Both the position numbers and the translations under genes were made by a program. From assembly GCA_016212635.1 (NCBI GenBank), contig JACRFR010000018.1, forward strand, positions 4,080 to 68,079: a DNA stretch of 64,000 bases. Direction: 5' to 3'. Source of the stretch: Candidatus Liptonbacteria bacterium. GTDB taxonomy: Bacteria; Patescibacteriota; Minisyncoccia; UBA6257; 2-01-FULL-56-20. The stretch's first letter is position 1. Every line of letters begins with the position of its first letter. Under the pieces are notes generated by a model that ran no database searches, had not been told where the DNA came from, and saw only the letters and a list, made by a program, of their open reading frames with translations. Of this stretch, positions 29,562-38,412 are shown piece after piece.

Positions 29562-29780
29562 CATTGAAAGCTGGTTGTTATTTGAGATCTGGGGGCTTTG
29601 CCCCTGCACTCAAGAGGACGGTTTTCAGTCTTTCTTCTTGAGTGTGGGGGCCGGAAACATCCTTAGCCTAGGACGGTTTGGCTCCGGCGAAACCCATCCT
29701 CGGGATTCTTCCAATCTCTTTTATTTTAAAGAGTTTAACCCTTTGGGGACACGCCCCTAGATCTCAGATAATCACTTTTT
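29562..29780 (+). ncRNA. Candidate ~200-nt multibranch structured RNA
   Basis: Closing stem GTTATTTGAGATCTGGGGG / CCCCTAGATCTCAGATAAT; internal 16-bp stem GCCCCTGCACTCAAGA / TCTTGAGTGTGGGGGC; further hairpins; U-tract. Confidence 0.6.
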
Positions 29781-29876
29781 ACTGCCGCCCGCAAGGCAGG
29801 TTATTTATCAGCGAATAACGAATTGGTTACGAATTTTCGAATTCGTAGATTCGAGACATATTCGTAATTCGTTGAC

Positions 29877-31559
29877 TTACCACTCGATCGGTCCGGTCAC
29901 GCTTTCCACTTCCGCCAGAGTAGTCAGGCCGGCTAAAAATTTCAGGATCCCGTCGGCTTGCATGCTGGTCATTTTTTGTTCTTGCGCCAACTTGCGCAGC
30001 GCCACGTGGGACGCAGACTGAAGGACCGCTTCCTGAAACTCCGGCTGGTCGGTTTCCAGGAATTCGAATATGCCGATCCGCCCCCGAAAACCAAATTGAT
30101 TGCAGGCCTCGCAACCCGTTTGGGTATTGACCGTGGCGGGACCATCGGCCAGAAAGGCCGCGTAGGGAGCTTGGTCTACTTGGGGCGGCAGGTGTTCCAG
30201 AAAGGCGCGGACCTTGGGACGAAGTTCGGCTGGTACCTCTTGGGGCTTGCGACACTTAGCGCATAGCCGCCGCACCAGACGCTGGGCGATAACCAAAGAA
30301 AGCGCCGGTCCGACCGTGGCTGTTTTGACCCCCAGGTCGACCAAACGGGGAATGGCTCCCACGGCGTCGTTGGTATGGAGGGTGGAAAAAACCAGGTGGC
30401 CGGTCAGTGCCGCTTGGAGGGCAATGTCCGCGGTTTCCTGGTCTCGAACCTCACCCACCAGAATAACATCCGGGTCTTGCCGTAAGATGGCTCGGAGGCC
30501 GCTCGCAAAAGTGTAGCCGGCCTCCGGGTCGATCTGGGTTTGCTCGATACCGGCGATGCGGTACTCGATCGGGTCTTCTACGGTGATGATCTTTATCTCG
30601 GGCGTGAGCACGTGGCGCAGAAATGCATACAAAGTGGTGGTTTTGCCCGAACCGGTGGGCCCGGTATTTAAGATTAAACCGTTGGGCTTGGCTAGTTGTT
30701 GCTCCACCAGTTTTAAGAGGTCGCTCCGGAGGCCCAGTTCGGGCAGGGTTACGGATATCCCGGCGGGGTCCAGGATGCGCATGACCACCGTCTCGCCGAA
30801 CTCGGAAGGGATGATCGAGACGCGGACCTCGATCTCTTTGCCCGCCACGGTGATCGTGAACCGGCCGTCTTGGGCCTCGTCTTTGACGTTCAGTTTCATC
30901 TCGGAAACCAGTTTGATCCGCGAGAGCAGGTGCTCATAGGGTTTTGGGGGGACGTCCCCCGCGGAGTGGAGCAGGCCGTCGATCCGGAGACGTATCTCCG
31001 CGCCGCCCTGGGTCGCCTCGAAGTGAATGTCGGAGGCTTTGTTCTGCAGCGCCCCAACTATGATTCGGCGGTACAGCTCCGCGGTACCCACCCGGCTGTA
31101 GTCCAAGGAGTCCAACTCGACTTTGAGCGCTTGAAAGGAATTTATTTTGGCGCCCAGCTCCGCGAGCTCCTCGGCGGTCACTCCCAGGGTGCCGGTGATG
31201 TCCGCTGTGGGTAGGGAGATGAAGCGGTAAAAGGCCCAGGCTTGGTCCAAGCTGGACTGAGAGCCCACGTAAATTTTGACTTTCAATTTTTTCTGGATCA
31301 AACCCGCGACTAATTTTTTGGCCGGCTCCAGGTGGGGGTCGAACATGACCAGCGCCAGTTCGTGCGCTCGAATTTGGATGGCGGCGGTTTGAGTCGCTTT
31401 GGCATCGGCTTCGGGCAGGAACTTCATGGCCTCGAGCGATATTGGTGTTTTACGCAGGTCCACATAGGGGAACCCCAGGGTCTTGGCCCGCCGCTCCGCG
31501 TCGCGTTCTTCCGCGTCGCGCTGGAGCGCCGCAAGCTGATGTTGGAGGTTGGAGGGCAT
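29877..31559 (-). CDS. pilB: GspE/PilB family type IV pilus assembly ATPase
   Basis: ASDIHFE, RLRIDGLL, GPTGSGKTTTLY, TVEDPIEY, LRQDPDVILVGEVRD, CxxC...GCxxC. Confidence 0.88.
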   Translation of the reverse strand: MPSNLQHQLAALQRDAEERDAERRAKTLGFPYVDLRKTPISLEAMKFLPEADAKATQTAAIQIRAHELALVMFDPHLEPAKKLVAGLIQKKLKVKIYVGSQSSLDQAWAFYRFISLPTADITGTLGVTAEELAELGAKINSFQALKVELDSLDYSRVGTAELYRRIIVGALQNKASDIHFEATQGGAEIRLRIDGLLHSAGDVPPKPYEHLLSRIKLVSEMKLNVKDEAQDGRFTITVAGKEIEVRVSIIPSEFGETVVMRILDPAGISVTLPELGLRSDLLKLVEQQLAKPNGLILNTGPTGSGKTTTLYAFLRHVLTPEIKIITVEDPIEYRIAGIEQTQIDPEAGYTFASGLRAILRQDPDVILVGEVRDQETADIALQAALTGHLVFSTLHTNDAVGAIPRLVDLGVKTATVGPALSLVIAQRLVRRLCAKCRKPQEVPAELRPKVRAFLEHLPPQVDQAPYAAFLADGPATVNTQTGCEACNQFGFRGRIGIFEFLETDQPEFQEAVLQSASHVALRKLAQEQKMTSMQADGILKFLAGLTTLAEVESVTGPIEW

Positions 31560-31621
31560 GGAAGCGAGTTGTCGAGTTTATAAAATTTATAAAGTTCGTA
31601 AAGTTATAAAGTGGAGGGGCT

Positions 31622-31680
31622 GGAGGGAAGGAAACTTCTACGCCCCCGGACTCACACGGCGTAGAAGTTGCTTCTTCTCC
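31622..31680. repeat. Long intergenic hairpin upstream of pilB
   Basis: AACTTCTACGCC/GGCGTAGAAGTT perfect 12-bp stem, extended by purine/pyrimidine flanks. Confidence 0.6.
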
Positions 31681-31837
31681 GCCCTGGGGACGTGGTTAAT
31701 TGCTACGTGCTACATGATTCATGATCTATGCCATAAGTGTAAGGAAATTAAGACGAAGTCGCAAAGAAAGTTTCTGGTTTTGACCAACTAGGGCCCTTGT
31801 GTTGTAATTTTAGAGGTGGTGTGCTATAATCCCATCT

Positions 31838-32557
31838 ATGAAATCACCAGAGGGAACTCCAAGTCAGGGGCAGGATGGGCCGGAAAATCCAAAGCGGCGG
31901 AGGTTGCTGAAAGGTGTCCTTGGTTTGGTTGGATTTGGGGCCCTAACCGAGCGAAAGGCGGAGGCTTCAACTAAAATAGGATTTAGTAATCAAACTGGCG
32001 AAACTATCGTGATTATTGAGAATGGGCATGGGAAAATAGGCAGGACTACTTTGAGGCCCGGCCAGGTTTCAAGTAAAAGAATTTTTGCAACTCAACCACA
32101 GGGGAGATTTAACCGGATGGACTTTTTTGTTTTAGAACCAACGGGACGAAAACCAATCGAAAATCCTCCGCCCGAATTTACGGAATGGCTCCTAAAAAAT
32201 GACATACGTTTTGCTGGGAGATCAGAAAGAGAGATGCCAGAGATAATTAGAGGTATTATCAACATCTCTAAAGACGAGGAGGCAGCTCTTAGGGCGCTTG
32301 TGGAGCCATATAAAAAATCTTTAAAGGGGCGGAAGGTGTTGGGCCGCGATAGCGAGCGTAGCTCCGAGGGATTACTAGACCAAATTGATGGCTGGCAGAA
32401 AATTGTGAAGCGAGTCGGGGATCGGGAGGGCGCGCGCGAGATTCCTATTGGGAACTTGCAGGAATGGGTGCCAGGGGCAGGCCAGGAAAGCAGTATTAGT
32501 ATAGATTTCGTCCAGGAACCAGATGGCAGAATTAAGGTTGTTAGAAAGTGGAATTAG
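31838..32557 (+). CDS. Hypothetical exported protein with twin-arginine-like N-terminus
   Basis: KRRRLLKGVLGLVGFGALTERKAEA; TGCTATAAT 7 nt before ATG. Confidence 0.65.
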   Translation: MKSPEGTPSQGQDGPENPKRRRLLKGVLGLVGFGALTERKAEASTKIGFSNQTGETIVIIENGHGKIGRTTLRPGQVSSKRIFATQPQGRFNRMDFFVLEPTGRKPIENPPPEFTEWLLKNDIRFAGRSEREMPEIIRGIINISKDEEAALRALVEPYKKSLKGRKVLGRDSERSSEGLLDQIDGWQKIVKRVGDREGAREIPIGNLQEWVPGAGQESSISIDFVQEPDGRIKVVRKWN

Positions 32558-32860
32558 TTGGTGCGGTTAACGTGTGGGGTTGGTGAATATTTCTGCGCCT
32601 TCCCAAAGCTGCGCGGCTTTCTTATTTTTGTTCTATAATCTAGTAGATACGCTTAATATGTAGTGTATGTGAATTACCCCACCTAACCTCCCCTTTCTAA
32701 GGGGAGGAGGGGAGGGGTCAGATATTAGATGTGGGTACGCTTCCGCCGAAGACAGATCCTCCAGAGGAAACGACTCATGGCGAGTGAAGTCGAACCAATA
32801 GTGCATGTGAATAATTCGCGTCGTTTCGCGTAGATATTCGCGTAAATTCGCTTCTACCAC

Positions 32861-33406
32861 ATGTCTGGTCATTCTCATTGGGCTGGCATTAAACACAAAA
32901 AGGGCGTTACCGATCAAAAACGCGGGGTTTTGTTTTCCAAGCTTTTAGCCGCGGTTACTATCGCCGCCAAGGGCGAGCCCGACCCGGAGTTCAACCCTCG
33001 GCTTCGGACCGCGGTAGAAACGGCGCGCGAAGCCCAGGTGCCCAACGACAATATCACGCGAGCCATTAGGCGCGCCGCTGACACCTCTGCTGTTTTAGAA
33101 GAATTAATGTTCGAGGCCTACGGTCCCGGCGGGACGGCGATCTTGATCGAGGCGATCACCGACAGCCGCAACCGGACCGTTGCGGAGGTGAAGCATATTC
33201 TCTCTGAACGGGGAGGGAAGTGGGCGGATTCAGGCAGCGTCCAGTGGGCCTTTGAGCGTGTTTCTGGTTCGGATGGTTTGAAGTGGCAGGCAAAATTTCC
33301 CATGGAGTTATCCGCCGCCGATATGGAACAGTTAAAAAATCTCCTGGGGGCCATAGATGAGCATAACGATGTACAGGAGGTTTATACTAACGCTAAATTA
33401 GAATAA
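32861..33406 (+). CDS. yebC: YebC/PmpR family protein (short form)
   Basis: MSGHSHWAGIKHKK, NPRLR, EAYGPGG, TDSRNRT, DVQEVYTN. Confidence 0.92.
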   Translation: MSGHSHWAGIKHKKGVTDQKRGVLFSKLLAAVTIAAKGEPDPEFNPRLRTAVETAREAQVPNDNITRAIRRAADTSAVLEELMFEAYGPGGTAILIEAITDSRNRTVAEVKHILSERGGKWADSGSVQWAFERVSGSDGLKWQAKFPMELSAADMEQLKNLLGAIDEHNDVQEVYTNAKLE

Positions 33407-33489
33407 AGAATGGAGAATTAAGAATTAGGGGGGGTTATGCTCTCGTTATTTTTGCTTAATTCTATATTCTAACTTCTAAATTCTACCCC

Positions 33490-34005
33490 ATGATTATCCT
33501 CGGCATCGACCCGGGCTCGCGGCGAATGGGATATGGTGTGGTGGAACAATCCGGCCCGCAACCGGTGTTTGTAGCCGCCGGCGTTTTACCGGTCACCGCC
33601 CGAACCGAGCCGGAGGCGCTCCAGGAGATCAAAACCGGTTTGGATGCGCTGCTGCGCAAGTATCGGCCGTCCGCGGTCGCGTTGGAGAAGCTGTTCTTCG
33701 TGCGCAATCAGAAAACAGGCATTGCCGTAGCCCAGGCGCGGGGAATCGCGCTACTCGCGGCCGCGCAAAAGGGTTTGCCGGTTTATGAATTCGCCCCCAA
33801 TGAGATCAAGGCGGGTATTACCGGCAATGGCGCGGCGGATAAGCGGGCGGTGCTTAAAATGGTCCGAATTATTCTAAACCAGCCAGCCCTAGTGGTGATT
33901 GATGACGCTTCCGACGCCCTGGCTTCCGCCCTGTTGGCCGCTCAAAAATTTAGAAATAATTTCAACATTAAACCGAAAAATTCTGGGAATAGCGGAGGGG
34001 GTTGA
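33490..34005 (+). CDS. ruvC: Holliday junction resolvase RuvC
   Basis: ILGIDPG, ALEKLFF, QARG, G-G-ADK, DDASDALA. Confidence 0.96.
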   Translation: MIILGIDPGSRRMGYGVVEQSGPQPVFVAAGVLPVTARTEPEALQEIKTGLDALLRKYRPSAVALEKLFFVRNQKTGIAVAQARGIALLAAAQKGLPVYEFAPNEIKAGITGNGAADKRAVLKMVRIILNQPALVVIDDASDALASALLAAQKFRNNFNIKPKNSGNSGGG

Positions 34006-34102
34006 CAAACAACCTCCACAATCTATTCTGTATCCCAAGCTAGCGATTAATATTTTTAAAGGTTATTTTTTATCAAAGGTCGGCGGCTACCATTTTTGTG
34101 GA

Positions 34103-34318
34103 ATGTCCACCGAGTTACTAAATATCCGAATGGCATTTCGAGGCTTGAGTGATGAAGACACTGGCGGTGAAGAGGAGGTGGGAGGTGGTTTTGGTGTCCC
34201 TAGTAAAGGCAATGGTGACGATGATGATGGCGTGGAAGAACCAAAGGAAGAACTAGAGGAGGGCGCGGAAGCAGATGAAGATGACGATGATTTGGAGGGA
34301 GGGGATTCTGAAATCTAG
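34103..34318 (+). CDS. Small highly acidic hypothetical protein
   Basis: D/E-rich 71-aa ORF preceded by TTGACA(34002)-N16-TATTCT. Confidence 0.5.
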   Translation: MSTELLNIRMAFRGLSDEDTGGEEEVGGGFGVPSKGNGDDDDGVEEPKEELEEGAEADEDDDDLEGGDSEI

Positions 34319-34489
34319 GCTGGTTGGTTCGATGTAGTTCTGGGGCGGCGGAGTAGGCAAGGCGGGAATCCAGAATTTCCGGGCCTAGATTCCCTGCCGG
34401 CCGTCAGGCGGGCGGATATGGCCTGCTGACCATTCCGGAATGACAGACAAATACATAGTTTCGTAATTCAAGGTCAGATGGCGCGGCCT

Positions 34490-34612
34490 GGCGCTATTCG
34501 GAAACGTCAAAAAGTTATTCCCTGAGCCCGTCGAAGGGTAGCTTTTGGGCGGGTACATGGCATGGCCCTCGACAAGCTCGGGCAATAAAATCGGTGGTTT
34601 CCGAACAGCGCC
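34490..34612. mobile_element. 123-bp MITE with the same TIR family as 19766 but different internal palindromes
   Basis: GGCGCTATTCGGAAAC/GTTTCCGAACAGCGCC; 9-bp TSD gcgcggcct/acgcggcct; internal CCTGAGCCCGTCGAAGGG...CCCTCGACAAGCTCGGG. Confidence 0.8.
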
Positions 34613-34647
34613 ACGCGGCCTCGACAGTTGAGGTGGTTTTTCCGATA

Positions 34648-37182
34648 ATGCATGATATGCGGTTGACCAGAGAACGTTCCCCCGAAGGGATAAGGCACAA
34701 GTTGCGTTTGTTTGGGCATCGTCTATCTACCCCACCAGAGAATACAAGTTCTCTAGTGGGGTCTGCCGCTCCCAAAAGAGAACGTCCCAGGAAACCCGGA
34801 CGGCGGGCCCGCCGAATTTGGTTGTGGTTGGTTTTGGTGGTGGGGGTGATTGCGGTGCTCGCCCTTATTTGGGTGGCCTTATTGCTCCAAGACCTGCCGT
34901 CTACGGAACAAATTTTGAGCCGCCGGGTAAGTCAGTCGACCAAGATCTACGACCGCACCGGACAGGTGGTTTTATATGAGATTGGGGGGGATCAAAAACG
35001 AACCGTTATTTCCGGGGAGGAAATACCCCAGTCGCTCAAAAACGCGACTATCGCTGCAGAGGATGAGCGGTTCTACTCTGATTCCGCCATCGACTACCGC
35101 GGTTTGTTGCGCGCGCTATGGACAAACTTGAGGAGTGGCCGGGTGGTTCAGGGCGGGTCCACCATCACCCAGCAGTTGGCCAAAAACGCCTTCTTGACTT
35201 CGGATCAGACCCTAACCCGGAAGATCCGGGAGGTTTTCCTGGCGATCCGTTTGGCGCGCAACTACACCAAAGACCAGATCTTGGCCATGTACTTAAATGA
35301 GATACCTTACGGACCAACGATCTATGGAGTGGAGGGTGCGGGTCAGTTGTACTTTGGCAAACCCGCTCGTGATTTGAGTCTGGCCGAGAGCGCGGTTCTA
35401 GCCGCCCTGCCTAAGGCCCCGAGCCGTTTAGCGCCCGGCGGCAGCCACCAGGACGAACTTATTGCCAGACAGCGGACTATTTTGCGGAAAATGAACAGAT
35501 TGGGAATGATCTCGGCCGAGGAACTGGAGGTGGCGTTGAATGCCAAGCTTAGTTTTGTTCCGCCTACTCATGGGATCAAGGCGCCCCATTTTGTTTTCTG
35601 GGTGCAAGATTATTTGATCGAACGTTACGGGGAGGAGTTGGTTAGAAGCGGCGGCTTGCGAGTGATCACCACCCTGGACTGGGAGATGCAGCAGGCGGCG
35701 GAAAAGGCGGTGCGAGAGGGCGCGGAACGCAATCAAAAGTTGTACCAGGGACGGAATGCGGCCTTGGTCGCGGAAGATCCCCGCACCGGGCAGGTCTTAG
35801 CCCTGGTCGGCTCCCGAGATTACTTTGACCTGGAACATAACGGCAACTTTAATGTGGCCGCTCAAGGACTGCGCCAGCCCGGATCGACCCTTAAACCATT
35901 CGTCTACTTGACCGCTTTCCAAAAAGGCTATTCTCCAGACTCGGTGGTTTTCGATGTCCCGACTGAATTTGTGGCGCGCGACCCAGACTGTCCGCCGGAA
36001 CCGGTTTTTGAGATAGAGAGTCCCACTTGTTTCCATCCCCAAAATTTTGATGATTCTTTTCTGGGTCCGGTTCCCTTCCGCCGCGCCTTGGCCCAATCCC
36101 GTAATATTCCAGCGGTGAAGGTTTTGTACTTGGTGGGATTCAAGGACGCCCTAACCAACGCCACTCGTTTTGGATTGACCACCCTAACTAACCCGGCCGA
36201 GTATGGCTTGTCTTTGGTCTTGGGCGGTGGCGCGGTCCGTTTAGTAAATTTAGTGGAGGCCTATTCAGTTTTAGCGGGAGACGGCGTGCGTCATGCCCAA
36301 GGATCTATTTTGGAAGTTAAGGATAGTTCGGGCGCAATCTTAGAGACTTATCGCGACAGCGCGGAGCGAGTGGCAGAAGCGCAACCGGTGCGGCTGGTGA
36401 ATAACATATTAACCGACCTGGACGCGCGATCTGGCTTGTTCCACAGCAGTCTGGCGCTCACTACTATACCCGGACATGATATTGCCATTAAAACCGGAAC
36501 TTCCAATGACTACCGCGACGCTTGGGTGGTTGGTTACTCTTCCGCCTTGGTGGTGGGGGTTTGGGCGGGTAATAATAACAATCAGCCCATGCAGCGCCAG
36601 GGCTCCAGCCTTTTGGCGGCGGTTCCGATCTGGCACAGCTTCGCAGTCGAGGCCTTCCCTCGGGTCCCACCGGAAAAATTTCCCGCGCCGGAACCGGTCG
36701 CGCGCTCCGACAAACCGATGTTCAGTGGTCAAGTGGTCAGTAATAATCAGATCCATTCGCTTTTGTATTACGTCAACCGAACCGATCCCACCGGGCCGGC
36801 CCCGGAGCGCCCGGAGCGTGATCCCCAGTTCTATAATTGGGAAATGGGTGTTTTGCTTTGGGCCCAAAAGAATGTTCCGGCTTTAGTAGCCGGCAATAAT
36901 GCCACCTCGTCCCCGCAAATTAGTTTCGCTTCTCCCGCCAATGGCAGTTCTTTTGTTGATTCCATCAACTTAACCGCGTCGGTGGCTTCCGCCACGCCCT
37001 TGAAGCGAATCAGTATTTCTTTTAACGGGGTCTTGATTCAAGAGGTGGCTCCGGAGTCACCCGGACCATACCAGATCAACTGGTCTTTTGTTCCCGCCAA
37101 CCCCCAGCCTCAAAACATTTTAGAAATTGAGGCGCGAAACGCGAGTAGCACCAGTCGGGAGGGAATAATTTTATACCACTAG
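34648..37182 (+). CDS. Class A penicillin-binding protein (PBP1A-like) with C-terminal Ig-like domain; start uncertain
   Basis: EDERFY, QGGSTITQQLAKN, RKIRE, YLNEIPYG; transpeptidase GSTLKP, SRN, KTGT. Confidence 0.93.
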   Translation: MHDMRLTRERSPEGIRHKLRLFGHRLSTPPENTSSLVGSAAPKRERPRKPGRRARRIWLWLVLVVGVIAVLALIWVALLLQDLPSTEQILSRRVSQSTKIYDRTGQVVLYEIGGDQKRTVISGEEIPQSLKNATIAAEDERFYSDSAIDYRGLLRALWTNLRSGRVVQGGSTITQQLAKNAFLTSDQTLTRKIREVFLAIRLARNYTKDQILAMYLNEIPYGPTIYGVEGAGQLYFGKPARDLSLAESAVLAALPKAPSRLAPGGSHQDELIARQRTILRKMNRLGMISAEELEVALNAKLSFVPPTHGIKAPHFVFWVQDYLIERYGEELVRSGGLRVITTLDWEMQQAAEKAVREGAERNQKLYQGRNAALVAEDPRTGQVLALVGSRDYFDLEHNGNFNVAAQGLRQPGSTLKPFVYLTAFQKGYSPDSVVFDVPTEFVARDPDCPPEPVFEIESPTCFHPQNFDDSFLGPVPFRRALAQSRNIPAVKVLYLVGFKDALTNATRFGLTTLTNPAEYGLSLVLGGGAVRLVNLVEAYSVLAGDGVRHAQGSILEVKDSSGAILETYRDSAERVAEAQPVRLVNNILTDLDARSGLFHSSLALTTIPGHDIAIKTGTSNDYRDAWVVGYSSALVVGVWAGNNNNQPMQRQGSSLLAAVPIWHSFAVEAFPRVPPEKFPAPEPVARSDKPMFSGQVVSNNQIHSLLYYVNRTDPTGPAPERPERDPQFYNWEMGVLLWAQKNVPALVAGNNATSSPQISFASPANGSSFVDSINLTASVASATPLKRISISFNGVLIQEVAPESPGPYQINWSFVPANPQPQNILEIEARNASSTSREGIILYH

Positions 37183-37191
37183 TCAGGTATA

Positions 37192-38301
37192 TCAGGAAGT
37201 CAGGATGGGGGCGATAATGTAGAAAAAGGAGGGGTCTTTGGGGTTTTTAAGCAGGGCGGGTTTGTCTTCGTTAATTCCCCAAAAAACATCTTCCCCGATT
37301 AAAGACCTAAGTCCATCCAAAAGGTAGCGGGCGTTGAAGGTTACGCGGTTGAACCCATTGGTGAGTTTTACCGGGAGGAGATACTGGTTCTCTCCGGCCA
37401 CCGTGTCGCCGGAAGAAAGTTTTATGCCGTTTAGTGTTTTTTCCGGCTCGACGCGAACTTCGTTGTTGCGCCCGCCCAAAACACTGACTAGCTTCAGGGC
37501 GTCAATCAACTCTTGTTTTTTTAAAGTAACTTCAGCGGTAAAAGCGGAGGGGATAATGGTTTGGTAGTCGGGGAAAACTCCTTCCACAAACCGGGTAATG
37601 CACTCGAAGTTTTTTGTTCGCACTAAAAGTTGGGATTGGTCGGGTAGGAGCTCAACTTCGTCGGTGTCTTTAATGGTTCGTAACAGCTCTTGAATGGTGC
37701 GCAGGGGGATCAGTTTTCGTAGGGGTTGCGGGTAGCCGCCTTGGTATTGTCCGCCGGTGACGGTTTTTTCCGCCAAGCGATAAGTGTCGGTCGCAACCAA
37801 CCGTATATTATCGATGGAATAGTCCCACAGAACAGAGGATAGTTCCGGTCGCAGGTCGGTAATTTGCGCCGCGCCGGCCACCGGACCCAGCGCTCCCCGG
37901 AAAACGCTTCCGGTCATAGAAATTTTTTCGGTTTGGTTGCTTATTTTGGGAATAATTGGAAAGTCCTCCGCGGGCATCCCGTTGATACTGCCTTCGTAAT
38001 TCTCGGTTTTAATCAGTAGGGCTTGTTGTTTCTGTTCGAGATTAATCCGCTCGCTGGTTAGATTGCCGACAATATTAGAAAGTAGTCCCAGTGGTGTCGT
38101 TAGGCTGCCGCCTTCCAGAACTTTGCCCGGAACTGAATATCGGAGGGCGATCTCCAGGTTGGTGGCGGTTAGGGTTATGTCCTCGCCCCTAGCTTCCAGA
38201 AGAACGTTTTTTAGAATCGGCAAACTTGCACCCTCGCCTAGCGCGCGCTCCACCACCACCAACCCTTCTTTAAGATGAGCCCGAAGCACTATAATCTTCA
38301 T
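37192..38301 (-). CDS. dnaN: DNA polymerase III beta clamp
   Basis: PILKNVLL, ATNLE, VATDTYRLA, FPDYQTIIP, FNARYLLD; follows dnaA. Confidence 0.95.
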   Translation of the reverse strand: MKIIVLRAHLKEGLVVVERALGEGASLPILKNVLLEARGEDITLTATNLEIALRYSVPGKVLEGGSLTTPLGLLSNIVGNLTSERINLEQKQQALLIKTENYEGSINGMPAEDFPIIPKISNQTEKISMTGSVFRGALGPVAGAAQITDLRPELSSVLWDYSIDNIRLVATDTYRLAEKTVTGGQYQGGYPQPLRKLIPLRTIQELLRTIKDTDEVELLPDQSQLLVRTKNFECITRFVEGVFPDYQTIIPSAFTAEVTLKKQELIDALKLVSVLGGRNNEVRVEPEKTLNGIKLSSGDTVAGENQYLLPVKLTNGFNRVTFNARYLLDGLRSLIGEDVFWGINEDKPALLKNPKDPSFFYIIAPILTS

Positions 38302-38412
38302 TTTTATAAATAATAATACTAGTAGTAGTTAATAGTGGCTGGGGATGTGGGGATAAGAGGGATAAACCAAAGTAAATAATACCAAAAAAAAGGAAAGAAA
38401 TCCCCACAAATT
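38302..38412 (-). promoter_or_regulatory. Replication origin unwinding region (oriC) between dnaA and dnaN
   Basis: Minus strand TTATCCCT-C-TTATCCCCACA-TCCCCAGCC-ACTATTAACTACTACTAG then AT-rich tract: box-like sites, GC clamp, DnaA-trio-like repeats, DUE. Confidence 0.75.

Noticed and set aside
29527-29760. 77-aa ORF in the ruvB-pilB gap
   Set aside because: Its TTG start is the -35 box, it has no recognisable motif, and the region is better explained as structured RNA.
32861-33406. YebC as a truncated pseudogene
   Set aside because: Both termini are intact and the frame is open; an internal domain is simply absent, consistent with a short natural variant.
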